Shown here piece after piece: positions 20,092-28,789 of a DNA stretch of 64,000 nucleotides (its first letter is position 1; the number at the start of each line of letters is the position of its first letter). The DNA is taken from contig CASFJQ010000010.1 of assembly GCA_949295065.1 (NCBI GenBank), forward strand, positions 4,233 to 68,232, in the 5' to 3' direction. The position numbers were made by a program, and so were the translations under genes. This DNA comes from an uncultured Parabacteroides sp. Its GTDB lineage: Bacteria > Bacteroidota > Bacteroidia > Bacteroidales > Tannerellaceae. The notes below the pieces were generated by a model. That model saw only the letters and a list, made by a program, of their open reading frames with translations. It searched no databases and was not told the DNA's origin.

Positions 20092-20467
20092 AATACATAA
20101 ATTATCATTGTTAAAATTTGACAAGAATCAGTAATAGAGCTGGGGCAAGCCAACAGAATCAATTTTTCTCATCCAAACTTTATTTGTGCAAACCGTTTTT
20201 CACGGTCTTCATTGTGCTAAATTAGTAAATAATTCATTATATATATGTGTAGGTATGAGATTTTCTTGTTTTAATATGTAAAAGCGGTGGTTAGTGCGTA
20301 TTCATCAAAGGGAAAGATGATGAAATCTGGAAGGTTTAGTGTGTATGTATTTGTCGGTGTAATTTTCATAATTAATACTTTAATAATATAATAAAATTTG
20401 ATTTTGGTATTGTGTTGTTAATCTGCTATTTGCATTTTCACGAATTTTTTTTGGGTTGGAAAACTTT

Positions 20468-20552
20468 TTTCATAATATATGAAACAAAAATTTCATCTGC
20501 ATGAAAATTTATTTTCATAATATATGGAAAAAGTTTTTCATATATTATGAAA
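20468..20552. repeat. Array of four short palindromes TTTCAT-N4/5-ATG(A/G)AA, period 22-23 bp
   Basis: Units at 20468, 20491, 20513 and 20536. Confidence 0.7.
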
Positions 20553-20616
20553 TAACTGAATGATTACAATCAAAATTGATAATGTCCGAAATATCGAAAC
20601 TATATCTTATGGTATA

Positions 20617-20688
20617 ATGTGTAAAATTAACGCAAAATATTTGGAAATGTTATAATATTATGTCTACATTTGCGTAGAATAAACGCAA
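20617..20688 (+). promoter_or_regulatory. Two NrtR-type operators (GT-N7-AC) and -7 promoter box of nrtR
   Basis: ATGTGTAAAATTAACGCAA (20617-20635) and TTGCGTAGAATAAACGCAA (20670-20688); the second overlaps TACATTTG (20665-20672). Confidence 0.75.
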
Positions 20689-20693
20689 TACAT

Positions 20694-21386
20694 ATGGAAG
20701 AGTTTAAATATCACTATAAATATCCACATCCGGCTGTAACTACAGATTGTGTGATTTTTGGTTTTGATGGTGTAAGTATAAAGGTGTTACTTATACAAAG
20801 AGGTATTGAACCATTTAAAGGTTCATGGGCATTCCCCGGAGGTTTCTTAAAGATGGATGAAACAGCAGATGAATGTGCAAAACGCGAACTCGAAGAGGAA
20901 ACCGGATTAAAGAATATACCAGTAGATCAATTCTACACTTTCACTAGCGTTGACAGAGATCCGCGTGAAAGAGTGATAACAATTGCCTATTTTGCCTTGG
21001 TACGTATGGGAGAAGTAAAAGGTGGAGATGACGCCTCCAATGCCCGTTGGTTTTCATATGATGAAATTCCCAGTCTTGCTTTTGATCATGACAGGATATT
21101 GCGGAAGGCAGTGTCTGCATTAAAAATACGTATTTGCTTTAAACCTATCGGCTTTGATTTGCTCCCGGAAATATTTACCATGAGTGAACTTCAGAACCTT
21201 TATGAAGCAATTTTGGAAATAAAGTTCGACAGACGTAATTTTTACAACAAGATGATGAAGTTGGGTTTGTTGATAGAAGCTGAAAAACGTCCGGAAAACA
21301 CACCGTCCAGAATTCCGGTCAAATATCGCTTCAACCCGGATAAATATACAGAATTAAAACAAAAAGGATTTAGATTAGAATTTTAG
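20694..21386 (+). CDS. nrtR: NrtR family Nudix-wHTH transcriptional regulator
   Basis: Intact Nudix box GFLKMDETADECAKRELEEETGL, RDPRER, LAFDH, FTMSELQNLYEAIL, DRRNF. Confidence 0.9.
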   Translation: MEEFKYHYKYPHPAVTTDCVIFGFDGVSIKVLLIQRGIEPFKGSWAFPGGFLKMDETADECAKRELEEETGLKNIPVDQFYTFTSVDRDPRERVITIAYFALVRMGEVKGGDDASNARWFSYDEIPSLAFDHDRILRKAVSALKIRICFKPIGFDLLPEIFTMSELQNLYEAILEIKFDRRNFYNKMMKLGLLIEAEKRPENTPSRIPVKYRFNPDKYTELKQKGFRLEF

Positions 21387-21397
21387 GAGGCAGGCTT

Positions 21398-23494
21398 ATG
21401 TATGATAATATAATCTTATGTGGAATTGTAGGTGACATAATTGGTTCCACTCGTGAATGGAAAAATGTTAAGACTGAAGATTTTGAACTCATTCCTTATG
21501 GAAGCCGTTTCACCGATGACACGGTGATGACTCTTGCCGTTGCTCAGTGGCTTATGATAGACCCGGACCATTCGGAAACTAAGCTTATAGAATGTATGCA
21601 GAGTTTAGGCAGGAGATATCCTAATGCAGGTTATGGAGGAATGTTTCGTAAATGGTTGAAATCTGATAATCCCAGGCCATACGGAAGTTTTGGTAATGGT
21701 TCGGCTATGAGAGTAAGTCCTGTTGCTTTGTATGCAAATTCTATGGATGAAGCATTGGAATTGGCTCGTATAACTGCTTCTGTCACACATAATCATCCAG
21801 AGGGAATCAAAGGTGCTCAGGCAATTGCTGCCAGCGTCTTTCTGAAGCGCACGGAACGGCTTGATGTCAAGGGGAAAATCAAACGCTATGTCGAAGAACA
21901 TTTCGGATACAATCTAAATATCAACCTAAGAGATATAAGAGATGAATATAGCTTTGACGTTACATGCCAGGGAAGTGTTCCTATCTCCATTATGGCATTC
22001 CTGCAGGAACCATATGACGCTGAAAAAGCAATCCGTCTGGCAATATCAATGGGTGGAGATTCAGATACAATAGGATGTATGACTTCGTCGATTGCCGCCA
22101 CAAACAGGCCGTTCGCAATTAGCAGTAACAGCCTGTCACTTGATATAGAAGAGAAATGCAGGCGACTGCTGACACCTGACTTGCTTGAGATAAACGACAA
22201 ATTTTTAGCATTCATAGGCCAGAGGTTAAAACGATCCCGCGAAGAGAATGATGAAACAATTGTTCTTGCCGCAAAATATGCAAGTGAGGAGAAAAAGGAA
22301 TATGCCGTAAAAATCGCTGACAGTATTCGTGGTTCATTAATGGGTGGCGCGGCAGGTGATGCCCTGGGATATCCAGTGGAATTTATGAGCAGAAGCAGTA
22401 TCCTGTCTAAATATGGACCTGATGGTATCAACACTTTTGAACTGGACCACAAGGGGAAAGCACTTGTAAGTGACGATACTCAAATGACACTGTTTACTGC
22501 TAATGGCTTATTGATGGGTATTACACGCGGTGAAATGAGGGGCATAGGTAAAAGTCCTGAAGATTATGTTGATTTGGCATACATTGACTGGTATTATACT
22601 CAGACCGGAGAAAAGAGAAAAGACCGAATATCAGATTTTCATTATACATGGTTAAGAGATTTGCCGGAATTGGCACATAGACGTGCTCCAGGAAATACTT
22701 GCTTAAGTGCATGTTTCAATTTGTTGCACGGACGTAAGGTGAGTAATGACAGTAAAGGTTGTGGAGGTATTATGCGTGTAGCACCATTGGGACTCTTGCT
22801 GGCTGGCTATATGGCTAGGGATGGAAGAAGTCCGTACTCAATTCCACGGATGTATGAAGCCGGAGCGAATATAGCTAGAGTGACGCATCTGCATCCTTTG
22901 GGCTTCTTGCCAGCCGGTATGCTGACAGAGCTATTGTTTAAACTTGCTCTTCTATCTCCAGAAGAGGCAAAGAATAGGATCCGGGAAATAGCGGAAAGTA
23001 CTGTCATGACTCTTGGCAAGGTGTTTCCTGGAAAGTATGAACAGGAAAAATTTTATCTCGCTGATTTGACAAGGAAAGCCGTCAGACTGGCACAATCTGA
23101 TGTTGAAGACATTGATGCCATTGAGGAACTTGGAGAAGGATGGACTGGAGAAGAAGCATGGGCAATATCTGTGTTCTGTGCCATCAGGCATATCGACAGC
23201 ATACATGACGCTATTGTTTCTTCAGTCAACCATGATGGAGACAGTGATTCCACCGGCTCAATCACAGGCAATATTATGGGTGCAATATATGGTTATGAAG
23301 AGATGAAACGTCAGCGGTTGTTCTGTCCGAAAGACAAAGAATTCGAGGAAACTCTTGAACTTTCGAATATCATCCTTGCGCTTGCTGACGACTTGGGCAC
23401 AAGCTGCATAATCAGTGAATTTGGCAAAATAGAAACTCCGGCAGAGAAACAATGGTTTGAACGATATTGCAAAATGAAGCCTGTAGGATTGTAA
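21398..23494 (+). CDS. Tandem two-domain ADP-ribosylglycohydrolase (ARH/DraG family)
   Basis: Domain 1: GDIIGS, TDDT, GNGSAMR, GGDSDT. Domain 2: AGDALG, SDDT, GCGGIMR, DGDSDS. Confidence 0.9.
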   Translation: MYDNIILCGIVGDIIGSTREWKNVKTEDFELIPYGSRFTDDTVMTLAVAQWLMIDPDHSETKLIECMQSLGRRYPNAGYGGMFRKWLKSDNPRPYGSFGNGSAMRVSPVALYANSMDEALELARITASVTHNHPEGIKGAQAIAASVFLKRTERLDVKGKIKRYVEEHFGYNLNINLRDIRDEYSFDVTCQGSVPISIMAFLQEPYDAEKAIRLAISMGGDSDTIGCMTSSIAATNRPFAISSNSLSLDIEEKCRRLLTPDLLEINDKFLAFIGQRLKRSREENDETIVLAAKYASEEKKEYAVKIADSIRGSLMGGAAGDALGYPVEFMSRSSILSKYGPDGINTFELDHKGKALVSDDTQMTLFTANGLLMGITRGEMRGIGKSPEDYVDLAYIDWYYTQTGEKRKDRISDFHYTWLRDLPELAHRRAPGNTCLSACFNLLHGRKVSNDSKGCGGIMRVAPLGLLLAGYMARDGRSPYSIPRMYEAGANIARVTHLHPLGFLPAGMLTELLFKLALLSPEEAKNRIREIAESTVMTLGKVFPGKYEQEKFYLADLTRKAVRLAQSDVEDIDAIEELGEGWTGEEAWAISVFCAIRHIDSIHDAIVSSVNHDGDSDSTGSITGNIMGAIYGYEEMKRQRLFCPKDKEFEETLELSNIILALADDLGTSCIISEFGKIETPAEKQWFERYCKMKPVGL

Positions 23495-23518
23495 CAATGT
23501 ATAAATGTAGTATTCATC

Positions 23519-23617
23519 ATGAAAGATAATAGCCTTAAAAGACATAGAAGTTATGAGTTTTATGCAGCAAAGTACCTGGAAAAACTAGGATATCAAACAG
23601 ATGTTACCAATGTTTAA
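23519..23617 (+). pseudogene. Possible truncated 5' fragment of an Mrr-like restriction endonuclease gene
   Basis: 32-codon ORF MKDNSLKRHRSYEFYAAKYLEKLGYQTDVTNV resembling the (F/Y)E..A.YL..LGY..vT start of Mrr_cat domains; stops before any catalytic motif. Confidence 0.4.
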
Positions 23618-23680
23618 AGTTTATTACAATTCTCGGAAAATTACATTTTCAGTTTAGATAAGTATTAATTTTTATCTTCC

Positions 23681-23720
23681 TTCTAATAACATTCTAATCC
23701 TTCCTAAACCAAATCTAACC
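23681..23720 (+). promoter_or_regulatory. Phased direct repeats, putative OmpR/CusR-type response regulator boxes
   Basis: CTAA cores at 23683, 23694, 23704 and 23715 (11/10/11-bp spacing) upstream of the TolC gene. Confidence 0.55.
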
Positions 23721-23786
23721 ATAATCGTTGCCTGACAGACAGAGTGGTGACATATTTTTGCCGCAAAATAATCAAAAGGTGAAGAA

Positions 23787-25052
23787 ATGAGGAGAATGAT
23801 TTGTTTTGCATTTGTGATTTGTAGCCCTTTGTTGCAGGCTCAACAAAACGATAACTGTGTGGAGATGAGCATTGCTGAAGCTGAGAATGTTTTTATGATG
23901 AATAATTTTCAGTTACTTGCCGAGCACTATGAAATAGACAAGGCCGATGCTGCCCTTGTGCAATCGAAATTGTTTGATAATCCTGTAGTGTCGTTTGAAC
24001 AGAATGTTTACAACAGATTGAATGGGAAATATTTTGATTTTGGGTCTAAAGTTCAGTCGGTTGTTGAGATTGAACAGTTGATATATATTGCAGGCCAAAG
24101 AAGCAATAAAATTAAATTGGAGAAATATAACAGGAAAAGGAATGAATATTTGTTTGAGGAGTCTGTCCGGGTACTGAAAAATGAATTAAAACTGAAATTT
24201 GTTTCGCTATATTACAGGCTCAAGGAAATTGATATTTATGATTCAGAAATAAAATCGTTGCAGAATTTACTGACAAGAATAAAGCAGGAGGAAGAGAAAG
24301 GGAATATTTCATTATTGGAAAGAACGAGGATTGAAGCTTATTTGCTGTCGTTGGAAAGTGAAAGAAATGATGTGGCGAATGATATTGTCTCTCTTCGTGG
24401 AAACGTGAAGCTGCTGATGGGAGGTAAATATACCGGTGATATTAATCCTGTGATAAATGAATGTTTATTGAATGATTTTGATATGGGGAAAGTTCCATAT
24501 TCGGAATTAGAGGGATTTGTTATGGAGCGTCCGGATATGAAATTGGCTAAAGTTAATATTCAATCTGCCGAAACAGAGATTAAGCTTCAACGTTCATTGT
24601 CGTTTCCGGAAGTTAGGGTTAAAGGGATTTATGACAAAGCGGGAAATTTCATCAATGATTATTTTGCAATTGGAATAAATCTTACACTGCCGGTATTTAA
24701 CAGAAACCAGGGAAATATCAGAATTGCGAAACACGGTTTGGCTCAGAACAGGATAATGGAAGAGCATTCGTATATGAATGCTATGAATGAATTGAGTAAT
24801 TCATATAAAAGGCTGGAAAATGCTGTGGGTTTATATGATAAGACAGATAAGGAGATTGAACTCAATATGGAGAAGCTGACAAAAGGATTAAATGAAAGTT
24901 TGGTTGCTAAGAATATTAGCATTATTGAATTCATTGATTTCTATGAAGCATATAAGAATACTAGCCTGAATACTTATAAAATACGAAAGGATGTTTTTAT
25001 GGCTATGGAAGATATAAATTATATTACTAATCATAATGTTTTCAGATATTAA
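23787..25052 (+). CDS. TolC family outer membrane efflux protein (CzcC-like)
   Basis: Signal peptide, NNFQLLA, KLFDNP, RPDMKLA, LPVFNRNQGNI motifs. Confidence 0.88.
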   Translation: MRRMICFAFVICSPLLQAQQNDNCVEMSIAEAENVFMMNNFQLLAEHYEIDKADAALVQSKLFDNPVVSFEQNVYNRLNGKYFDFGSKVQSVVEIEQLIYIAGQRSNKIKLEKYNRKRNEYLFEESVRVLKNELKLKFVSLYYRLKEIDIYDSEIKSLQNLLTRIKQEEEKGNISLLERTRIEAYLLSLESERNDVANDIVSLRGNVKLLMGGKYTGDINPVINECLLNDFDMGKVPYSELEGFVMERPDMKLAKVNIQSAETEIKLQRSLSFPEVRVKGIYDKAGNFINDYFAIGINLTLPVFNRNQGNIRIAKHGLAQNRIMEEHSYMNAMNELSNSYKRLENAVGLYDKTDKEIELNMEKLTKGLNESLVAKNISIIEFIDFYEAYKNTSLNTYKIRKDVFMAMEDINYITNHNVFRY

Positions 25053-25053
25053 T

Positions 25054-26115
25054 ATGAAGAAGTTTTGTTTATTAATGACCGGTGTTATAGCAAATTTACT
25101 GTTTATGGCTTGTAGCCGTAACGATAATAAAACCAATGATATATTCACGAATAAGACTAATGAAGCTTTGCATTTGGATACGGTAAGAAATATTCCTCTG
25201 AAAAGGGAAATTCTTTTGAATGGCAAGGTTGATTTTGCTATGGAAAATATGACTCCAGTGTTTCCTATGATCAGTGGAATAGTAAAGGAGGTTTATGGCG
25301 AAACGGGCGATCATGTTGGAAAAGGAGAGAGGCTTGCTCTGATTGAAAGTGAGGATATAGCTTCGATTGTTAAGGAATTGAAAACGGCAGAACATAAATT
25401 GAAACTTGCTGAAAGTAATTATAAAGCTGCTGAAGATATGCTGCGTGGTGGCTTGTCGTCTGAAAGAGAGGTTTTGAATTACAGGCAGGAGTTGACTGAA
25501 GCTGAAGAGGAATTGAATCGTCTGAATAAATTGAAAGCTATTTATCCGATTGATGAAAATGGATTGTATATACTATGTTCTCCTGTTTCCGGATTTATTA
25601 CGGAAAGGAATATAAACAGGAATTATCTGATTCGTCCGGACAGTGACAAGGAGTTGTCTATTCCTATATTGATGGTCACAGCTTTGGGAACGACAGATGA
25701 TATTGTCAGCGGACTGGATGCCGGTGCGGACGACTATATCAGCAAGCCTTTCAGTTTTGCGGAGCTTCAGGCTAGAATTAGGGCTTTGCTCAGAAGGAGA
25801 GAAGGCGCAAAAGTAAATCAGGTTCTTCAGTGCGGAGATTTGACATTGGATCAGGTTTCGAGAAGAGCTACAAGAAACGGGGAAACTATAGATTTGACGG
25901 TGAAAGAATACAGGCTTCTTGAGTATTTCATGAATAATCAGGGAATCGCACTCAGCCGTTTACAGTTGCTTAGAGAAGTATGGGACAAGAATTTTGACAC
26001 AAACACTAATATTGTAGATGTTTATGTGAATTATTTGCGAGCTAAAATCGACAAGAATCATGAGAGGAAGTTGATTCGTACAGTTGTAGGACTTGGTTAT
26101 ATGATGGAAGGATGA
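25054..26115 (+). pseudogene. In-frame chimera: N-terminal part of an RND periplasmic adaptor (CzcB-like lipoprotein) fused to the C-terminal part of an OmpR-family response regulator
   Basis: Lipobox FMAC and biotinyl-lipoyl halves (GDHVGKGERLA, SPVSGFI), then an abrupt switch near 25654-25662 to IPILMVTALG..GLDAGADDYISKPF and wHTH (LTVKEY, NIVDVYVNYLRAKID, IRTVVGLGY). Confidence 0.8.
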
Positions 26116-27290
26116 AGACGGGAAACAAAATAGCATGGGTCTATACTTTGCTGACGATGGGGTTGGTTGTGGCTGTCGCCTTGGTTTTCTTTCTTATAAC
26201 TGCTCATTCAATAGATAAGGTTTATGATTCATATCTTACGGAACGGGCAATAGTGACGGCTGAGAAATATTGGGAACGCGACGAACTTAATGAATCTGAT
26301 TACAAGCAGGTTCAGAAAAGATATGAGCAAAGTTTGCCCACGGCAAAAGAGTTTGTGTTAAATGCTGATTCAACTGATAAGGCACGCTTAAGACTTTCAG
26401 ACTTCTTGTCGGATGAAGAAATTGATGAGTTGTATGAATCACATATTCTGCATTTTAGCGGGAAAGAATATGAGAGGGGAGTTGCTTTGTATTATCCGGA
26501 CAATGAAGGTAATTTTATTGTTGTCATACAGTCAAACAATAAGTATGGTGCAGATATAGTATCATTTATGGGCTGGTTTCTGCTTGGGGCTTTCGTAATT
26601 ACATTTATATTGGTGTATTGTGTAGGAAAGCTTTATGCTATAAGATTGGTGAACAGGATAGACGAAGCGTATCAAAGTGAGAAATCATTTATAAGAAATG
26701 CGTCTCACGAACTGAATAATCCGTTGACTGCTATTTTGGGAGAATGCGAGATAACTCTTCTGAAAGAAAGGAATGCGTCTGAATATCAGTCTTCACTTAT
26801 GCGGATTGAAAGTGAAACTCGTAGAATAATAATGCTGATGAAACATCTGCTTTTTCTGTCACATGGAGACAAAGAAATTATGAAGAGCATTGTGGAACCG
26901 ATAAATATCAATCAATTTGTCAGACAGTTCGAGAATGATAAGGTGAAAATAATTGATGATGGAAAAGGTTTTATATTGAATGCTAATCCTAATTTGCTGA
27001 AGATTGCTATAAGCAATATCGTCAATAATGCTTGTAAATATTCAGGGGAAAACAATGTTTCTTTGAGTGTTGAAGATAGAAGCATAATAATCGAGGATAA
27101 AGGCATTGGTATTCCGAAAGATGAGTTGAAGAATATTACTCAACCATTTTATAGAGCAAAGAATGTCAGATCATTCGAAGGAAATGGTATTGGGCTGGCT
27201 TTGTCCATAAAGATAATAAAATGCTATGGAGGGAAAGTTATTATAAATTCGAGAGAAAGGATTGGGACAAGAGTTGAGATTATCTTTTGA
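26112..27290 (+). CDS. Two-component sensor histidine kinase
   Basis: Two TM segments, H-box ASHELNNPL, N-box NIVNNACKYS, G-boxes DKGIGI and GNGIGLAL; ATGA overlap with the upstream gene. Confidence 0.92.
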   Translation: MKTGNKIAWVYTLLTMGLVVAVALVFFLITAHSIDKVYDSYLTERAIVTAEKYWERDELNESDYKQVQKRYEQSLPTAKEFVLNADSTDKARLRLSDFLSDEEIDELYESHILHFSGKEYERGVALYYPDNEGNFIVVIQSNNKYGADIVSFMGWFLLGAFVITFILVYCVGKLYAIRLVNRIDEAYQSEKSFIRNASHELNNPLTAILGECEITLLKERNASEYQSSLMRIESETRRIIMLMKHLLFLSHGDKEIMKSIVEPININQFVRQFENDKVKIIDDGKGFILNANPNLLKIAISNIVNNACKYSGENNVSLSVEDRSIIIEDKGIGIPKDELKNITQPFYRAKNVRSFEGNGIGLALSIKIIKCYGGKVIINSRERIGTRVEIIF

Positions 27291-27330
27291 TAATCCTATT
27301 CAAACCAGAAATCCTAGTCTGTTTTCAAAG

Positions 27331-27384
27331 AAATTAAGCGTGTAGTTATATCAATGATCAGAATAATAACTACACGCTTAATTT
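27331..27384. terminator. Bidirectional terminator (19-bp perfect inverted repeat)
   Basis: AAATTAAGCGTGTAGTTAT ... ATAACTACACGCTTAATTT between convergent genes. Confidence 0.75.
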
Positions 27385-27401
27385 ATTATAGGAATATTGT
27401 G

Positions 27402-28085
27402 TCAGACATCCTTTATTTTCAGAATATTATATGAAATCTTATTATCGTAAACATCGCTTCCGTCTATTTTCTTGACATAATTTACAAATCTTACTGTTAT
27501 CGGAAGAATAATTATTTCATAAAGAGATTTCAGTGAAGCTTGGATTAATATCATTGTTAAAAGCTCATTAGCAGGTATTAATCCGGCAAAAGCAATCGGA
27601 AAGAATATTATGGAATCGGCGGTTTCTCCAACCAATGTTGATAAGACTGCTCTAATGGAAAAATATTTTCCTTTATGATATAGCTTCAGCTTACTCATTA
27701 CAAAAGCATTTAGAAATGAGCCGATTAGAAAGGCTAGTAGACTGGCAAATGCAATTCGTGGCGCCAATCCAAACACAAAATTGAAGGCTTCTTCACCTTC
27801 CCAAAATGGAGCGGAAGGAAGATTTATTGCCAGATTGCCAAAAGCAATCACCAGGAAATTAGATATGAAGCCACTCCAAATTATAAGTCTGGCTTTTTTG
27901 AATCCCCATACTTCTGAAATACAATCGTTTATAATATACGATATGGGGAAAACAATTAGACCTGCAGTTGCAGTGATGCCGGCAATCTGAATTACTTTTG
28001 TTTCCAAAAGATTGGCCGCAACCAAGCACACATTAAATAATATACCTAATAACATATAAGGTATACTAACTAAATTCTTTTGCAT
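27402..28085 (-). CDS. yhhQ: Queuosine precursor transporter (YhhQ/Vut_1 family)
   Basis: FPISYIINDCISEVWGFKKAR, PRIAFASLLAF, RAVLSTLVGETADS motifs. Confidence 0.88.
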   Translation of the reverse strand: MQKNLVSIPYMLLGILFNVCLVAANLLETKVIQIAGITATAGLIVFPISYIINDCISEVWGFKKARLIIWSGFISNFLVIAFGNLAINLPSAPFWEGEEAFNFVFGLAPRIAFASLLAFLIGSFLNAFVMSKLKLYHKGKYFSIRAVLSTLVGETADSIIFFPIAFAGLIPANELLTMILIQASLKSLYEIIILPITVRFVNYVKKIDGSDVYDNKISYNILKIKDV

Positions 28086-28090
28086 AAATT

Positions 28091-28122
28091 CTTGTTTTTA
28101 ATGAGGTTAATCAAGCACTCCT
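28091..28122 (-). ncRNA. Candidate preQ1-I riboswitch aptamer
   Basis: Minus strand AGGAG-UGCUUGAUUAAC-CUCAU-UAAAAA-CAAG: P1 (4 of 5 pairs), 12-nt loop, A-rich L3 and CUUG/CAAG pseudoknot, 5 nt before the yhhQ AUG; -7 box TACTTTTG at 28174-28181. Confidence 0.65.
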
Positions 28123-28256
28123 ATAAAAAAAGCAATATTTTTTATTACTAGATACTAGAAATGAAAAATACTGCAAAAGTAGAAAATAAACCAAATATAA
28201 TCAAGAAAGCCCTTATGAGCTAAATAGAGAGAAAGATAATTCTTTTATAATTCCCT

Positions 28257-28284
28257 ATTTAACATAATGCAAATTATGCGGATT
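28257..28284 (-). other. dif: dif site (XerC/XerD chromosome dimer resolution)
   Basis: Minus strand AATCCGCATAA-TTTGCA-TTATGTTAAAT: XerD arm identical to E. coli dif, XerC arm ends CGCATAA, 6-bp spacer. Confidence 0.85.
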
Positions 28285-28789
28285 ATACTTGGTTTAATAT
28301 ATTCGATAATTCGCTTGGTTTCAAATTTCTTCCAATGATAACACCTTTGTCATCAATCAATAGATTTTTGATTTGCTTATTAACAGAAAAATCTTTTAAA
28401 ATATCAGGATAAGTAAATGTTTGATTCCAGTATTGTTGTGACTTATCCAGATTATCAGCTTTAATAGTAGCGTCGTAAACAGATTTATTTACATCCAATG
28501 AAATTGAATAAATTTTAAGTTTGTTGGAACCGATTGCATTTGCTTCTCTACAGAACAAAATATTACTCAATCGAGATTCTGCATCATATGCAGCCCAAAA
28601 ATTAACGAAAGTAAAACGGCCTTCTGAATTTGCAAACTTAATATTACTATTGCTCTCTTTATCTTTTATTATTAGCTCTGGAGCTAAATCTCCAGGATTG
28701 ACACCTTCTGAAAAATTTCCTTCCTTAGAACCTGCTGCAATTTCTAATAATGCAAGAGAAGCAATAAATACATAAGTCTTAAACTTCAT
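28283..28789 (-). CDS. Exported thioredoxin-fold AhpC/TSA (TlpA-like) protein lacking CxxC
   Basis: Hydrophobic N-terminus, PGDLAPE, VNFWAAYDAES (CxxC replaced), SISLD, LIDDKGVI. Confidence 0.7.
   Translation of the reverse strand: MKFKTYVFIASLALLEIAAGSKEGNFSEGVNPGDLAPELIIKDKESNSNIKFANSEGRFTFVNFWAAYDAESRLSNILFCREANAIGSNKLKIYSISLDVNKSVYDATIKADNLDKSQQYWNQTFTYPDILKDFSVNKQIKNLLIDDKGVIIGRNLKPSELSNILNQV

Noticed and set aside
20130-20215. FMN riboswitch-like text (CCGTGAAAAACGG ... AGTTTGGATGAGAAAA) and tiny uORFs upstream of tldD
   Set aside because: Resembles only the 3' half of the aptamer, the 5' half is absent and the downstream gene is unrelated to riboflavin; the 10-14 codon ORFs have no supporting features
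20468-20552. Palindrome array as a mini-CRISPR
   Set aside because: A period of 22-23 bp leaves only about 6 bp of low-complexity spacer
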